A stretch of DNA of 64,000 bases, taken from assembly GCA_030141605.1 (NCBI GenBank), contig JAQGDQ010000071.1, forward strand, positions 1 through 64,000, given 5' to 3'. Positions 24,157 through 37,919 of the stretch are shown here, piece by piece (within the stretch, counting starts at the first letter, position 1; every line of letters starts with the position of its first letter). Position numbers and translations under genes: made by a program. The notes below the pieces were generated by a model. It was not told the origin of the DNA. It made no database searches and worked only from the letters and a program-made list of their open reading frames with translations. This stretch comes from Tubiluchus corallicola. Its lineage: Eukaryota > Animalia > Priapulida.

Positions 24157-25417
24157 GTAAGTATAACTAATCAGCTGCTCTAATTTACGTTAAAGTAAAA
24201 TAGTGAATAGCTTTATGCAGTAAGATTGCAAGTGATTCATTCTTCTCCACTGTATTTCAGAACCAGAGCTGTTTTAATAAGAGTAGTAACGTCTAGTGTA
24301 TACTCTTACATTTTTATGATTAGATTGTATATAATTAATATATATATATATATATATATAATATTAATTTTTTACATCTATAAAATTGTCTATTTTACTT
24401 GTAAATTTTTAAGTAAACAGAAAAGTCTTCACAATATTGATTAAATTTTAAACAAGTGTGATTTCATATAGTGCTAAAAATTTTATAGTAAATAATTGTG
24501 CATATGCTTTATTGATAGTCAAGAGTATACTTATTTAACATATACAGCTTTTTGTCTACTAATAACATTCATGGACAGTCATATAGGTGTATAAATTTAA
24601 CATTTATATATGCATTCATATAAATGATATACAATCTAATCATAAAACTTTAAGAGTACTGTTTGTTACTACTCATGCTAAATCAGCTCTGCTACTGAAA
24701 TAATAGATTTTAAAACTATTTATAACGTATCCGTGTAAGGAATAAATTCTTATCGTATCTTATCATAGCTTATGTATAACTTATGTATAACTTATCGTAT
24801 CTTATCATAGCTTAGAGCTAGAATAATACAATAACAGTTAATAACTGCTTGAGATCAATATTAGCAACACGACATAAAACTAACGTTTCACTACCAACTG
24901 TTGTAGGCATCTGACTGATAAACGATGAATTAATTTATTGCATTAAATTTTGTTCTGCAGCTTTCTGACTAAGATACACTTGATATTGAGTGAAATGAAA
25001 AAGTATTAGTGTCAGTTTTATTATTGACAAGCTTCTGTCAACAATTCTGGAAAAGCCGGAGTATTGCTTCCGTTAAGTTTACCTATCTGACTGCGCATGC
25101 CAGGTGGTAAAGTATCAATCCAACAGCCTATTACACGTGACTAGTGGTGTTTATTGCCTGAAGTGCATTGCAATCATCATCGTAAATCATATAAGTAGTT
25201 CAATTAAAAGAAATTAGTTGTGAATCCACTACATAAACTGCAAGAAATAGTGTCATAACACAACAAGTAACTGTTTAACAGGTTTATTATGCGTAGATTT
25301 AACGTAGCAGAATATCTTCAGAATGCTATGAAATAGAAAGCCTGTTCTGTAACACTTTTGTACAAGTTTGATGCAATTAGTGGGTTTATTGCACTGTAAT
25401 CGTCATTCCATCGTGAT

Positions 25418-25669
25418 AGACTTGATACATTGACATCGTATCATCTACAACAGTACTTCAGACTTGATACATTGACATCGTATCATCTACGACAGTACTT
25501 CAGACTTGATACATTGACATCGTATCATCTACGACAGTACTTCAGATTTGATACATTGACATCGTATCATCTACGACAGTACTTCAGACTTGATACATTG
25601 ACATCGTATCATCTACGACAGTACTTCAGATTTGATACATTGACATCGTATCATCTACGACAGTACTTC
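25418..25669. repeat. 42-bp tandem repeat, 6 copies
   Basis: agacttgatacattgacatcgtatcatctacgacagtacttc. Confidence 0.95.
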
Positions 25670-25881
25670 ATTTATCTGAAGTAAGCAAAATAATTTGTGT
25701 CAGTCAAGTATCAAAAGTTTAATTATCAGATCAAATTAATCAAATAACAATGATATGATGAAACGTGATGAGGTTAAACTTACATTTTTCTCACATCTTT
25801 AACTGCTAATGAGAATTTGGCTGACAAAATTTGAAAAAGAAACCATTTGTCATACTGGAAAGACGACTCTTACTAGCTTAC

Positions 25882-26180
25882 TTCAAAATGAAGCCAATGG
25901 TTTACTTGATCTGTCCTAGCCCGCCTGTTGATCAACAGTCCTAATTTTATGAAACAAACACTGGGAGGCGCCACGTAGCCTCAAAATGAAGCCAACGGTC
26001 TACTTGATCTATTCTCAGCACACCTGTTGATCAACAGGCCTAATTTTATGAAAACAAACACTGGGAGGCACCACCATGCCTCAAAATGAAGCCAACGGTC
26101 TACTTGATCTATTCTCAGCACACCTGTCGATCAACAGGCCTAATTTTATGAAAACAAACACTGGGAGGCGCCACATGCCC
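25882..26180. repeat. About 100-bp tandem repeat, 3 copies
   Basis: tcaaaatgaagccaa at 25882, 25981, 26081. Confidence 0.9.
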
Positions 26181-26292
26181 ACGTCCAAAACACTGTTGCT
26201 AATACATTTATGATGCTGTTGTATTGATAGAAGACAGTTCTCTGTCAACTTTGCTATCCAGTGATAAAATAACATCTCATGTTTGATTTTAG

Positions 26293-26436
26293 ATATCAAC
26301 GAGTGTTCAAGTGGGTGCCATAAATGTGATCCAGTCTACGGTCTGTGTGAAAATATGCCTGGCAGTTACCTGTGTGAATGTATACTTGGTAGTACTGATA
26401 GTGATGCTAATCTACCAGCTGGAACATCTTGTACAG
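26293..26436 (+). CDS. Exon 16: calcium-binding EGF domain (7 Cys)
   Basis: DINECSSGCHKCDPVYGLCENMPGSYLCECILG..GTSCT; donor G|GTAAAC. Confidence 0.9.
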
Positions 26437-27339
26437 GTAAACTGAATACAAATTTGTAACAAAAATTTTGTCAAACTGGTCGTAGCCAAGCAGACGTAAA
26501 CCTTGGTTCTTATGTTATAGATTTTTTTTAAATTTATTTCTTTGGAAACCTTGACCATTTTTTATGAAATACGTAACTTGTTATGTGATGTCCTCATATG
26601 TGTTATGTAATGTCATATATGACTTACATAACACAGTGGACAAACACTTTGTCTATAGAAGAATGATATCTATATAAGTATAAATATCAAAATAAGTTCA
26701 GTAATAACTTTAATGTCACAGGAAAGTCAAATAATAATAGTAATAGAAAGTATCAGCTTTTGTAATAAGCAAGGCTGGGTTATAACCATTTGGGATCCTA
26801 GGGTAATGAAATTATGGGGCCTCATCAGACGGAGCCACCCTCTTATTCACTGTCGTCTGTTTTGAATATTTTTTCTCCTGGTATATTTTAACGATATTTA
26901 CTCAGCTTTAAGTAAAGTTATTGCACTTTTTTAAATCAACTAGAATATCTATCTTTTGTTTGTCAATAAAAATATTCTCTAAGAAATACCACTATTTTAC
27001 CATTTATTGCAAATCAAATTATCACTTATTTCAACTCAACCACAGTGAAAAAACAGATTTTTTACCAAATGTTACCAAAAATTGATGAGCCCTAGACTGG
27101 GACCTATACCTTGGTAACGAGCAATAAAACTCAAAAAAATGATTACTTGTATTTGTCCCAACCACCATTATAATTACGTTATTCCAGATCTACGACTTCT
27201 TAGTAGGTTTAGACGAAATGTTTATGCTTAACTGTGACATTATGCATCTAATTAGTTCAAATAAATGTTATCTATCGAACGTATTGTGTAACCACGTGTT
27301 TTATGTTTGTGTTACTTTTATATTTTTCTGTTACTGTAG

Positions 27340-27603
27340 ACATTGATGAATGCACGTCTGAAACACATCCCGACAATTGTGACGTTAACGCTGAATGCAC
27401 GGACACAGATCTGAGCTTTACCTGCGAATGCCTGGAAGGATACAATGACACTTCACCCATTTCCGGAACTATGTGCAGTGATATTGACGAATGTACAGAT
27501 AATTCAGATTATTGCCACGAGATGGCATTGTGCACTAATTTGGAGGGAAGTTACAACTGTTCTTGTAACAGTGGGTATTTAGGAAACGGTACAGATTGCA
27601 ATA
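27340..27603 (+). CDS. Exon 17: two calcium-binding EGF domains
   Basis: DIDEC occurs twice; CTNLEGSYNCSCNSGYLGNGTDC; donor A|GTAAGT. Confidence 0.93.
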
Positions 27604-29294
27604 GTAAGTTTTGCATCTAATTGTCAGTGTGTGTGCTTTTGGTCTTAATGTTTAGCATGCAGGATATTAATCCTACAATGAGATCTGGAAAAGATTAATC
27701 AGAATTACAATAAAAACAATGATGTAGTCTACGTGCATGGTAGAGATGCCAAGGTTTGCCAAAAAAGAGGGAATTTTACTGGCTCCCTTGGAACCCATCT
27801 AGGGAGTCGGGGCGAGTGCAAGGTTTGGGGCAGAGCACCAATATTCAATGCATTTTCCTGTAATTAACATCATTTTGGAAGCATTTAGGGACACATGCAA
27901 AGCAGACATTTTACAGATGAGCTAATGATGCCCAAGTATACTTTTAAATTTTATTTCAAAGTCTTCGAAAATTTTAGGTTTCAAAAATTCCTAATATGAT
28001 CCAGAGGTGTATTAACCAATAGGCTAACTAGGCTATAGCCTAGGGTGCCAAAGCTTGAGAGACGCCACATTTTAGGTACCCAATTTTAAAAAAATTCTTA
28101 TTCTACTCGGTAAATGCGCGTAATCATGTAAAACAAGCATTGTATAATACACCACGGGCAGTTACTGTGACGAGCAGCTATATAAGCGCCATATAACATA
28201 CAGGTAGAAGGTACGACACAACAAACAGTTGCCCAGCCTGCTTATATGTAAGCACAATTCATGATACATGTAATTAACAGTGGCCTTGTTAGAAATTACG
28301 TAAATAGTATTATTAATACACCACAAGTAATTGCTTAAAATGTCCAGTACATAATGAATCATAAATTCCCAGTACGGATGAGCGAGACATAACGCAGCTT
28401 ACGGTGTCGTGAAGTCTTGATATGCCCCTGGTTACATCATCAAGCCAAAAACTTCGTAAGGTCTCTGTAAATTAGTGTAGAAGACTTCTCATTCTTGTGA
28501 AAAACATTGAGCAATTCATTGATCGTAAAATCACTTCATTGGTAATTCAAGACCTAATAAACTTTCATGCAAAGAAGCTGTAGATAGATTGATAAATAGA
28601 GAGTGGGGAAGGGAGGTAGGGGGCAGAAAGAGAAGTATATAAAGTAAAATATTAGTACTAACTTTATACCATTAAAACAGTGGTTACACATTTTAGTTTG
28701 GTATTTTAAGCGAATATTAATAAAACTACTGTTAGTTTTGAAAAGTTTCTAAAACTTGAGAACAAATTTTAAATGCATGATTTCTCTCCACAATATTAGA
28801 CAGTGCAGAAAAGTTCACACTAGGATATTTCCTTCTAATTTCAGTAGTCAAGTTACAATTCGTTAATACATGTTTTTCTGTTTGTCTCTCCTCATGTGCA
28901 TGTTCTTTGGTTTCTATCTTCATCATCAACCGGTCTCAATTCTTAAGTGATGTGCTTGTAGCCTTACTTGAGAGAAAGCTATGCGGTATTTTTCTATAGT
29001 CTTCTCTGGTATGTTTGGGATATTCACGTCTGATAATTTGCTAATATCGTACGATGATGACTTGCTCATGTTGTACCAAGTTTCCTCTATGAGGTCACAA
29101 AATTTGCTTTTAATCTTGTATTTGTTACAGAAAAATAGTATTTAATAGTACTGAAATACGAAGGACAACTGTAGATTAACAATTAGAAAAGTACAAGTAA
29201 CAGGTCAAAATTTCTTTTCTAATATTTACACAATTGTCTGCCGCTTTCCCTGGTTTAATCTTGTTTTGGAAATGTTTTACTTTGTTGTTTTCAG

Positions 29295-29477
29295 TCATTG
29301 TTTGTCCCGACGTTACTCCCACTCATGCTTCAGTACCTGGAAATTACAGTCCAGAATACGACCAGAGTGTGACAATCACCTGTGATGAGGGGTACGAATA
29401 TGAAGAAGGGGTGGAGGAACTCATAGTTACCTGTCTACTGAGTGGAGAGTGGGATCCTCCTGTAGATGATTGCAATA
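29295..29477 (+). CDS. Exon 18: sushi/CCP domain 1
   Basis: CP..VTITCDEGY..TCLLSGEWDPPVDDC. Confidence 0.92.
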
Positions 29478-29599
29478 GTAAGTTACAAAAGTTGTTGATT
29501 TTCATGTCTTTGCATCATAATTGTGAAGTTGAATTTAGCTTCCTGACATCACCAGCTTATGTAAATACTTCTTCAGCTAAAATAACTTAATGGTAAATG

Positions 29600-30070
29600 T
29601 GTGCTTGCAAGCCAAAACCGTCAATAAGTCGACATATGTAAAACTACGTTATGATGCTACAAAGTAGAATGCACCAAAATTTTGGTTAAATGTCAATTTC
29701 TTTGTTTTTTATAAAAACAAACGCTAAATATATTGGACTTTTATAGTCTAGCATCAATTTATCTAGAAATTGTTCAAAAAATACTAAAAACTTAATTTTA
29801 TATTCCCATACTCTTCTAGTAATGCAATTGTAAATTTTCAAACTCCGATAGTAGCTTGTGGAAGCTGTCATTTTGCTTCTGGTTTTTTTCTGTTACCAAA
29901 CCCAGATCTTCGTCAGGAAGAGCCATCTACTGGATTTAAACATAACTTCAATGTGTTGGTGCAAAGTCCATAGCACCCAATATTTTTGCGGTTGCTAAGT
30001 GTTTTGTAGAAACGCGGCAAAAAACAATGGCTAACTTTAACAGTGATTTTCTCAAGCTTATGTTTTTCAT
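29600..30070. repeat. Interspersed repeat (copies at about 45280-45690 and inverted at about 7190-7400)
   Basis: Shared cgtcaggaagagccatctactggatttaaa and aaacaatggctaactttaaca blocks. Confidence 0.8.
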
Positions 30071-31329
30071 GTTATTGTTTGCATATTTGAAATGTTGCAA
30101 TATTCTGTTTTGTTTTCTGTAGACTTTTCAAATTTAGACTTCAGATTCGTAAACCTTTAGGAATGAAAATGGACTGCAGCTATAATAATTAATAATTTTG
30201 TTTAGGGCATAGTCCAAGGCATAGCCTCACCTTAACATAACAGCTTAACTACCTCAATACTTATTTCCAAAGTAGTCCTGATTATTGTTACTCGCACGTT
30301 ACTGTGACAAACCTGTGTGCTTGGTTGAAGAACCAGCGGTATCATTTTTCCTGTAGCGGATAGCCCTATAGGCTGAATAGGCTGAAGCCTAAGGCCCGGG
30401 ATCAAAAGGGGCCCGCCAAAATAAAATATAGAAAAAAGTTTTTTTTTCAAAAGTGTCAAATCGGGTTTACACAAATCAAGTTTACACAATTTAAGTTTAC
30501 ACAATTCAAGTTTACACAATTTAAGTTTACACAATTCACGTTTACACAGTTTAAGTTTAAGTTCAAAATTTCAGTTTCCGAATTTTTCTGGGGGCAAAGT
30601 CAGTTATAATTTCTGAAAAGTCCATTTTTTCAACATATTTGACTCAATATCCGGATTTATGACGATACGCCATATTTCTGAAAATAAAAATATAAGAATA
30701 AGTACTAATAAGAATAATATAAGAATACTTACTAATAAGTATAAGAAATTAGTAAGAAACTAAAGTTACTTTCAGAGTTTCTGATTGGCTTATTTTAGTT
30801 GACATCTAACCCAGAAACTCACCAAGCTGTAATCGTGTTTATATAGTCCTAGTCCACAACTCAAGGATCAAGAAGATATCATTTTTATCACAATCGGTGG
30901 GCAAAAACTCACAAAATTAAACAAACTTACAAACGACGAGAGCTCCACAAAAACACGTCAGCTCAGCAGTGTAGCAACATTTAAAAGGCCCGTTCCAAGC
31001 TCAAGCCTAAGGCCCATAAAATCATAATCCGCCGCTGCATTTTTCAAGTCTTTTTGAATGACTCAGTCGGTAGTTGAACCAGCGACCTCACTGGTGATAG
31101 GCAAGTACGCTACCCATGAGCTGTCCCACCCGGTCCAAAAGAAAAAAAGCCATGAGATAGTATTGCCAGGTATCATGTTGTGTTATCAATGACAATGTAC
31201 ACCTAAGGCACAATCCCCTTTCATACCTTTCATACTTTTTTATGTTCCATAATGGAAATTCTTTCCAAGATTCGTATAGAAATAATTTTGAATGGTTGTG
31301 AAAAGAATTATCACTAATATGTATCCTCA

Positions 31330-31590
31330 TAGTTACCAAAAATGGAAAGAACCCAAGACACAAAACCGGCATGCCATAACAAGACGTGCAGTTCATGAGT
31401 TCCACCATAAAATCTGTTCCAGTCAGTGCTTTGATCCACAACAAACTTGTATATGTATGCGAACTTTGTAACTCAGAAACTGGTAGATACAATATGTTGA
31501 CGTGTACAACAAATACTAACTCCCTGTACCACTGGACACATAGATAATTCATTCAAGACCTGTTATTCTTGCTGGTTAGAGTTAAAGATT
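31330..31590 (+). mobile_element. Probable decayed LINE 3' end with Cys/His motif
   Basis: WKEPKTQNRHAITRRAVHEFHHKIC..CIC / CELC..RY..C across a frameshift. Confidence 0.45.
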
Positions 31591-32130
31591 CTCTTTTATT
31601 GTCTACTCGTTAAACTATTTTAGACTAACTTTGTTGGTGTAATAAATATATCTGGTCCAATAAGTGTGGCACACTATGCCCAGGCCACTCTAACCTAACC
31701 CCTTACCACTGAGTGACCACTGGTCACATTTAGGACGACTTGTTAAAAACCAATCGTTCTGTATGCAGCAATAAAACTGTGGCAGCTCTTGAAATACGCT
31801 TCGCAGAAGAGGAATTATATATGTGCAGTTTTGTAACAAAGATTACAGTGAATTAATTTGGCTTGGGTAATTACTATTGTTCTAGAATCTAGATTTTGCA
31901 ATTCAACCTCCAAACCTCCAACCGACCTTGTCCTAGACTGTCCTCAAACATGACCTTGTCCTAGACTGTCCTCAAATATTCATCTTGTCTAAGAAACATT
32001 AGCTAAGCAAGTCTTATACCTTGGAGTGTTATTACTACATTTTATCTACATTATCATAACTCATGTTATTGAGTGCGTACAAACATATACTTGTGAGCTG
32101 TGTTTTATCATCTCTGATTTTATGCTTTAG

Positions 32131-32313
32131 TTAAACATTGCCCAATCATCTCTGGTCTATTCTATGCTATGCCAATGTCAATGGAGAGACGCTACCAGGA
32201 TGAGGTGACATTAAAATGTCTGCCAGGATTCAGTTTTGAAAACTTTGAAATAACAATGACAAGTACATGTATGAGTAACAAGACTTGGATTCCTCCTCTT
32301 GTAGATTGTGAAG
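32131..32313 (+). CDS. Exon 19: sushi/CCP domain 2
   Basis: HCPII..VTLKCLPGF..TCMSNKTWIPPLVDC. Confidence 0.9.
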
Positions 32314-32389
32314 GTAATTTGTTTTTGTGTAACTTGCAGCAGAAACAAGGGTTTTATATTTCACGTTTATTAGCTGTTCTCTTGTCTTT

Positions 32390-33285
32390 TCGTGAATGCA
32401 AAGTGTTCATTGCCCATGCTATAGTTTCTGTTATGGACGCAAAGTGTTCATTGCCCATGCTATAGTTTCTGTTATGGACGCAAAGTGTTCATTGCCCATT
32501 CTATAGTTTCTGTTATGGACGCAAAGTGTTCATTGCCCATGCTATAGTTTCTGTTATGGACGCAAAGTGTTCATTGCTCATGCTACAATTTCTATTATGA
32601 ATGTGAAGTGTTCACTGCTCATACTAAAGTTTATATTATGAACACAAAGTGTTCATTGTTCATGCTATAGTTTCTATTATGAACATAAAGTATTCATTGT
32701 TCTTGCTATAGTTTCTGTTATGGACACAAAGTGTTCATTGCTCACGCTATAGTTTCTGTTATGGACGCAAAGTGTTCATTGCCCATGCCATAGTTTCTGT
32801 TATGGACGCAAAGTGTTCATTGCCCATGCTATAGTTTCTGTTATGGACGTGAAGTGTTCATTGCTCACGCTATAGTTTCTGTTATGGACGCAAAGTGTTC
32901 ATTGCCCATGCTATAGTTTCTGTTATGGACGCAAAGTGTTCATTGCTCACGCTATAGTTTCTGTTATGGACGCAAAGTGTTCATTGCCCATGCTATAGTT
33001 TCTGTTATGGACGCAAAGTGTTCATTGCTCACGCCATAGTTTCTGTTATGGACGCAAAGTGTTCATTGTTCACGCTATAGTTTCTGTTATGGACGCAAAG
33101 TGTTCATTCTTCTTGCTATAGTTTCTATTATGAACGTGAAATATTCATTGTTCGTGCTAAAGTTTCTATTAAGAGTGCAAAGTGTTCATTGCTCAAAATT
33201 ATAGTTTCTATTATGAACGTGAAATATTCATTATTCGTGCTAAAGTTTCTATTATAAATGTGAAGTGTTCATTGCTTATACTGAG
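32390..33285. repeat. 41-bp minisatellite, about 22 copies
   Basis: gcaaagtgttcattgcccatgctatagtttctgttatggac. Confidence 0.95.
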
Positions 33286-33412
33286 TCAATTAAGTAAATA
33301 CAGTTCAATGTATTGATAAATGGCAAGATAAGTAAATTTTTAAGTATATTTATAAAAACTTAATAAATAGAGGCAGTAACTTTGGTAGTAGTATTGATGT
33401 ATCTTTTTGTAG

Positions 33413-33498
33413 CAAAAAAGTGCTATCCTTTGGATGAGACGTATCACGCAACGTGGGATTTTGATTTTGAAGAACCTCCTCAAGGCACAAATGTTGTG
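33413..33498 (+). CDS. Exon 20: sushi/CCP domain 3, first half
   Basis: ttttgtag acceptor; KKCYPLDETYHATW..QGTNVV; phase-0 donor GTACGT. Confidence 0.8.
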
Positions 33499-33793
33499 GT
33501 ACGTATTGACCAGTTCAACTGTTTTAAACGTCCACATAGGATCAAAATTATATGGTTATAATCAAATTAAACTTTTGATGTGGACTTTTCATGGTTATAG
33601 TAATTTATAGCATAAACCTTCATATAGTCAGAAAACTTTATTTTTAACTATTAAACAGAAACAGAGTAAATTTTTGAAACTAATTTTAATAGTATAGTGA
33701 AAGTAGTGAAAAAAATTTCGGCCCTTTGGCACTCGAACTCAAAACTCTGCTTAAACTTTCTCATAATTTTAAGCAGATTATTTCTAATGCTAG

Positions 33794-33899
33794 GTGACTT
33801 GTGATGAAGGTTACGAGCTTTCCGATCACAGCAAAACTCAGAACAGTTTTTGTTCACCCATAGAATTCACTTGGGTACCAGACATTCAGAAGTGTCAAG
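33794..33899 (+). CDS. Exon 21: sushi/CCP domain 3, second half
   Basis: Phase-0 start VTCDEGYEL..FCSPIEFTWVPDIQKC; donor G|GTAGGT. Confidence 0.85.
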
Positions 33900-33931
33900 G
33901 TAGGTTTCTAATGCATGTAGTGTTTTTCGGT

Positions 33932-36277
33932 GTACTTGTATTAGTAGAAACATTGATGTACTTGTATTAGTAGAAACATTGATGTTCTTGTCTTAGTAGA
34001 AACATTGATGTACTTGTATTAGTAGAAACATTGATGTACTTGTCTTAGTAGAAACATTGATGTATTTGTCTTAGTAGAAACATTGATGTACTTGTATTAG
34101 TAGAAACATTGATGTACTTGTCTTAGTAGAAACATTGATGTACTTGTATTAGTAGAAACATTGATGTACTTGTATTAGTAGAAACATTGAGGTACTTGTG
34201 CTAGTAGAAACATTGATGTACTTGTATTAGTAGAAACATTGATGTTCATGTATTAGTAGAAACATTGATGTACTTGTATTAGTAGAAACATTGATGTACG
34301 TGTATTAGTAGAAACATTGAGGTACTTGTGCTAGTAGAAACATTGATGTACTTGTATTAGTAGAAACATTGATGTTCATGTATTAGTAGAAACATTGATG
34401 TACTTGTATTAGTAGAAACATTGATGTACGTGTATTAGTAGAAACATTGAGGTACTTGTGCTAGTAGAAACATTGATGTACTTGTATTAGTAGAAACATT
34501 GATGTTCATGTATTAGTAGAAACATTGATGTACTTGTATTAGTAGAAACATTGATGTACGTGTATTAGTAGAAACATTGAGGTACTTGTGCTAGTAGAAA
34601 CATTGATGTACTTGTATTAGTAGAAACATTGATGTTCATGTATTAGTAGAAACATTGATGTACTTGTATTAGTAGAAACATTGATGTACGTGTATTAGTA
34701 GAAACATTGAGGTACTTGTGCTAGTAGAAACATTGATGTACTTGTATTAGTAGAAACATTGATGTACTTGTATTAGAGGAAACATTGATGTACTTGTACT
34801 AGTAGAAACACTGATGTACTTGTACTAGTAGAAACATTGATGTGCATGTATCAGTAGAAACTTTGATGTACTTGTATTAGTAGAAACATTAATGAACTTG
34901 TATTAGTAGAAACGTTGATGTACTTGTATTAGTAGAAACATTGATGTACTTGTATTAGTAGAAACATTGATGAGCTTGTATTAGTAGAAACATTGATGTA
35001 CTTGTATTAGTAGAAACATTGAGGTACTTGTACTAGTAGAACATTGATGTACTTGCATTAGTAGAAACATTGATGTACTTGTACTAGTAGAAACATTGAT
35101 GTGCTTGTATTAGTAGAAACATTGATGTACTTGTATTAGTAGAAACATTGAGGTACTTGTACTAGTAGAACATTGATGTACTTGTATTAGTAGAAACATT
35201 GATGTTCTTGTATTAGTAGAAACATTGATGTGCTTGTACTAGTAGAAACATTGATGTGCTTGTATTAGTAGAAACATTGATGTACTTGTATTAGTAGAAA
35301 CACTGATGTACTTGTATTAGTAGAACATTGATGTACTTGTATTAGTAGAAACATTGATGTGCTTGTACTAGTAGAAACATTGATGTGCTTGTATTAGTAG
35401 AAACATTGATGTGCTTGTACTAGTAGAAACATTGATGTGCTTGTATGAGTAGAAACATTGATGTTCTTGTATTAGTAGAAACATTGATGAGCTTGTATTA
35501 GTAGAAACATTGATGTACTTGTATTAGTAGAACATTGATGTACTTGTATTAGTAGAAACATTGATGTGCTTGTATTAGTAGAAACATTGATGTACTTGTA
35601 TTAGTAGAAACATTGATGTGCTTGTACTAGTAGAAACATTGATGTACTTGTATTAGTAGAAACATTGATGTGCTTGTACTAGTAGAAACATTGATGTACT
35701 TGTATTAGTAGAAACATTGATGTGCTTGTACTAGTAGAAACATTGATGTGCTTGTATTAGTAGAAACATTGATGTGCTTGTACTAGTAGAAACATTGATG
35801 TGCTTGTATTAGTAGAAACATTGATGTGCTTGTATTAGTAGAAACATTGATGTGCTTGTATTAGTAGAAACATTGATGTACTTGTATTAGTAGAAACATT
35901 GAGGTACTTGTACTAGTAGAACATTGATGTACTTGTATTAGTAGAAACATTGATGTACTTGTATTAGTAGAAACATTGATGTGCTTGTATTAGTAGAAAC
36001 ATTGATGTACTTGTACTAGTAGAACATTGATGTACTTGTATTAGTAGAAACATTGATGTACTTGTACTAGTAGAACATTGATGTACTTGTATTAGTAGAA
36101 ACATTGATGTGCTTGTACTAGTAGAAACATTGATGTGCTTGTATTAGTAGAAACATTGATGTACTTGTATTAGTAGAAACATTGATGTGCTTGTATTAGT
36201 AGAAACATTGATGTGCTTGTATTAGTAGAAACATTGATGAGCTTGTATTAGTAAAAACATTGATGTACTTGTATTAG
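33932..36277. repeat. 26-bp minisatellite, about 90 copies
   Basis: gtacttgtattagtagaaacattgat. Confidence 0.97.
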
Positions 36278-36536
36278 ATCCATTTTCCAACTTGACTTGC
36301 ATTGGTGTTTAAAGGAAAGCCAAAGTTTTCTGGAAACATGGGCTTAATTCAATGTTTGTGAAAACTGTTGGAAGGACTTAGCAATAAAACTGCAATGAGT
36401 GTTTCGTATCTAACTAAAAAATCACTTTAAACTTGCGATCACTTTATGCTTGTGTGCTCCCATTTTCAATGCTCATCTTATTTTATCTTATTTCATCTTT
36501 ATTCTTTTCTCAATTAATAATGTTTTGACATTTTAG

Positions 36537-36746
36537 TTTTAGTTTGTGATCCATTTGGACAAAAGTTGCACATCCATGTTGACACTGAGAATGAAGCTTT
36601 ACTGACAACAGCTCAGCCTCATGGCACAGAACTACATCTTGAGTGTGAGACAGGCTGGCAGTTTTCACCAGGTGTAACAATGTTGAATAGTACTTGTGAA
36701 GATAATCCTCGTAGATGGGAGCCTGTTCTTAATGATGGCTGCAATG
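36537..36746 (+). CDS. Exon 22: sushi/CCP domain 4 (alternative in-frame start 36543)
   Basis: VCDP..HGTELHLECETGWQF..TCEDNPRRWEP..GC. Confidence 0.87.
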
Positions 36747-37579
36747 GTTTGTAAATTTTACGTTTCTATAATTCTCATATAATACTACTGCTTGGTAGTT
36801 CACATTACTACCAAAAATCTGTACTGACTCCTATTTTGCTTTTATACTAACTTGAAACAAAAAGGAGACTTAATGATGGCTGCAGGGGTTTGTAAATTTC
36901 ACGTTTTTATGTGCTAATATAGTACTCAGGGCCGTTTCAACGCATGGGCAATTGGGCACGCTGGGCCGTTACCCAGGGCCCCGCGAGCATAGGGGTTCCC
37001 CATGCAAATCTATGTACATGGTGACTTGCTGTTATTATACAAGCTATAAATATTTGCTATTATGTTACATATGGACATTAACATTTGCCTCTGATTTGGA
37101 CACCGTTGGAATCAAGGCAGTTATAAAGCATTTCTCTGCAAAGAAACTTCACAAATGTTTGTGTCCAGTAATAAATAATCCATGGTTTTTTCTTACTGTG
37201 CCATTTCCGGCTGTAAGGCTTACCGATTGAGTATCATTTATATGTAGAAATTTCTGTGTCTCTCAAGGCTCATTTTGTATTGCTCAAACGTTTGTGTTGA
37301 TTGATCTTTGCTGTACAGCATGTTTTTTTAATGTTTAAACACTGATTTTGTTTGGAAATACCAATATAATAAATATACGTTTTATTTTAATGACCATTTA
37401 CATTTTTATTCCTGTAAGTTGTGTGTAGATAGGACCCCCAGTGCACTGCTTTGTGTGGGGGACTGTAATGATGTTAAGAAAAGGCCCTGATAATGCTGCT
37501 GCTTGGTAATTCATACTGACTGCATAGAAATTGTAAAGAAACACAGTTGCACATAAAAGATTTTGCATATTGCTCGTAG

Positions 37580-37771
37580 TGATTGTCGTCTGCCCTAAAG
37601 CAATTGATGGGGATCACCGTATAAAAAGCACAAATGACAAGGTCTACAACACAAATCTTGTCCTTTCCTGTGAAACCGGATATGAATTTGATGTTGGAAT
37701 TACACAGATAACGACAGTTTGTCAGGAAAATGGAGAGTGGACAATTGATCCAGAGTACAAGGGCTGCCATG
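37580..37771 (+). CDS. Exon 23: sushi/CCP domain 5
   Basis: VCPKA..LVLSCETGYEF..VCQENGEWT..GC; donor G|GTAGGA. Confidence 0.9.
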
Positions 37772-37919
37772 GTAGGATTTTTTATTAATTCACTTTGCAG
37801 TAATAAAACTTACAACATAGTAAATGCTGCCAATAAAGGGCAACGTCTGTGATTAGCTGACATTTTGTGTTGTCAATATAACTTCGTCTTCCTTATTTGT
37901 TTCCAGTTCCAGATTTACC

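Noticed and set aside
25418-25669. CRISPR-like array (also 886-1724 and 38912-39376)
   Set aside because: Head-to-tail repeats without unique spacers, in eukaryotic introns, with no cas genes
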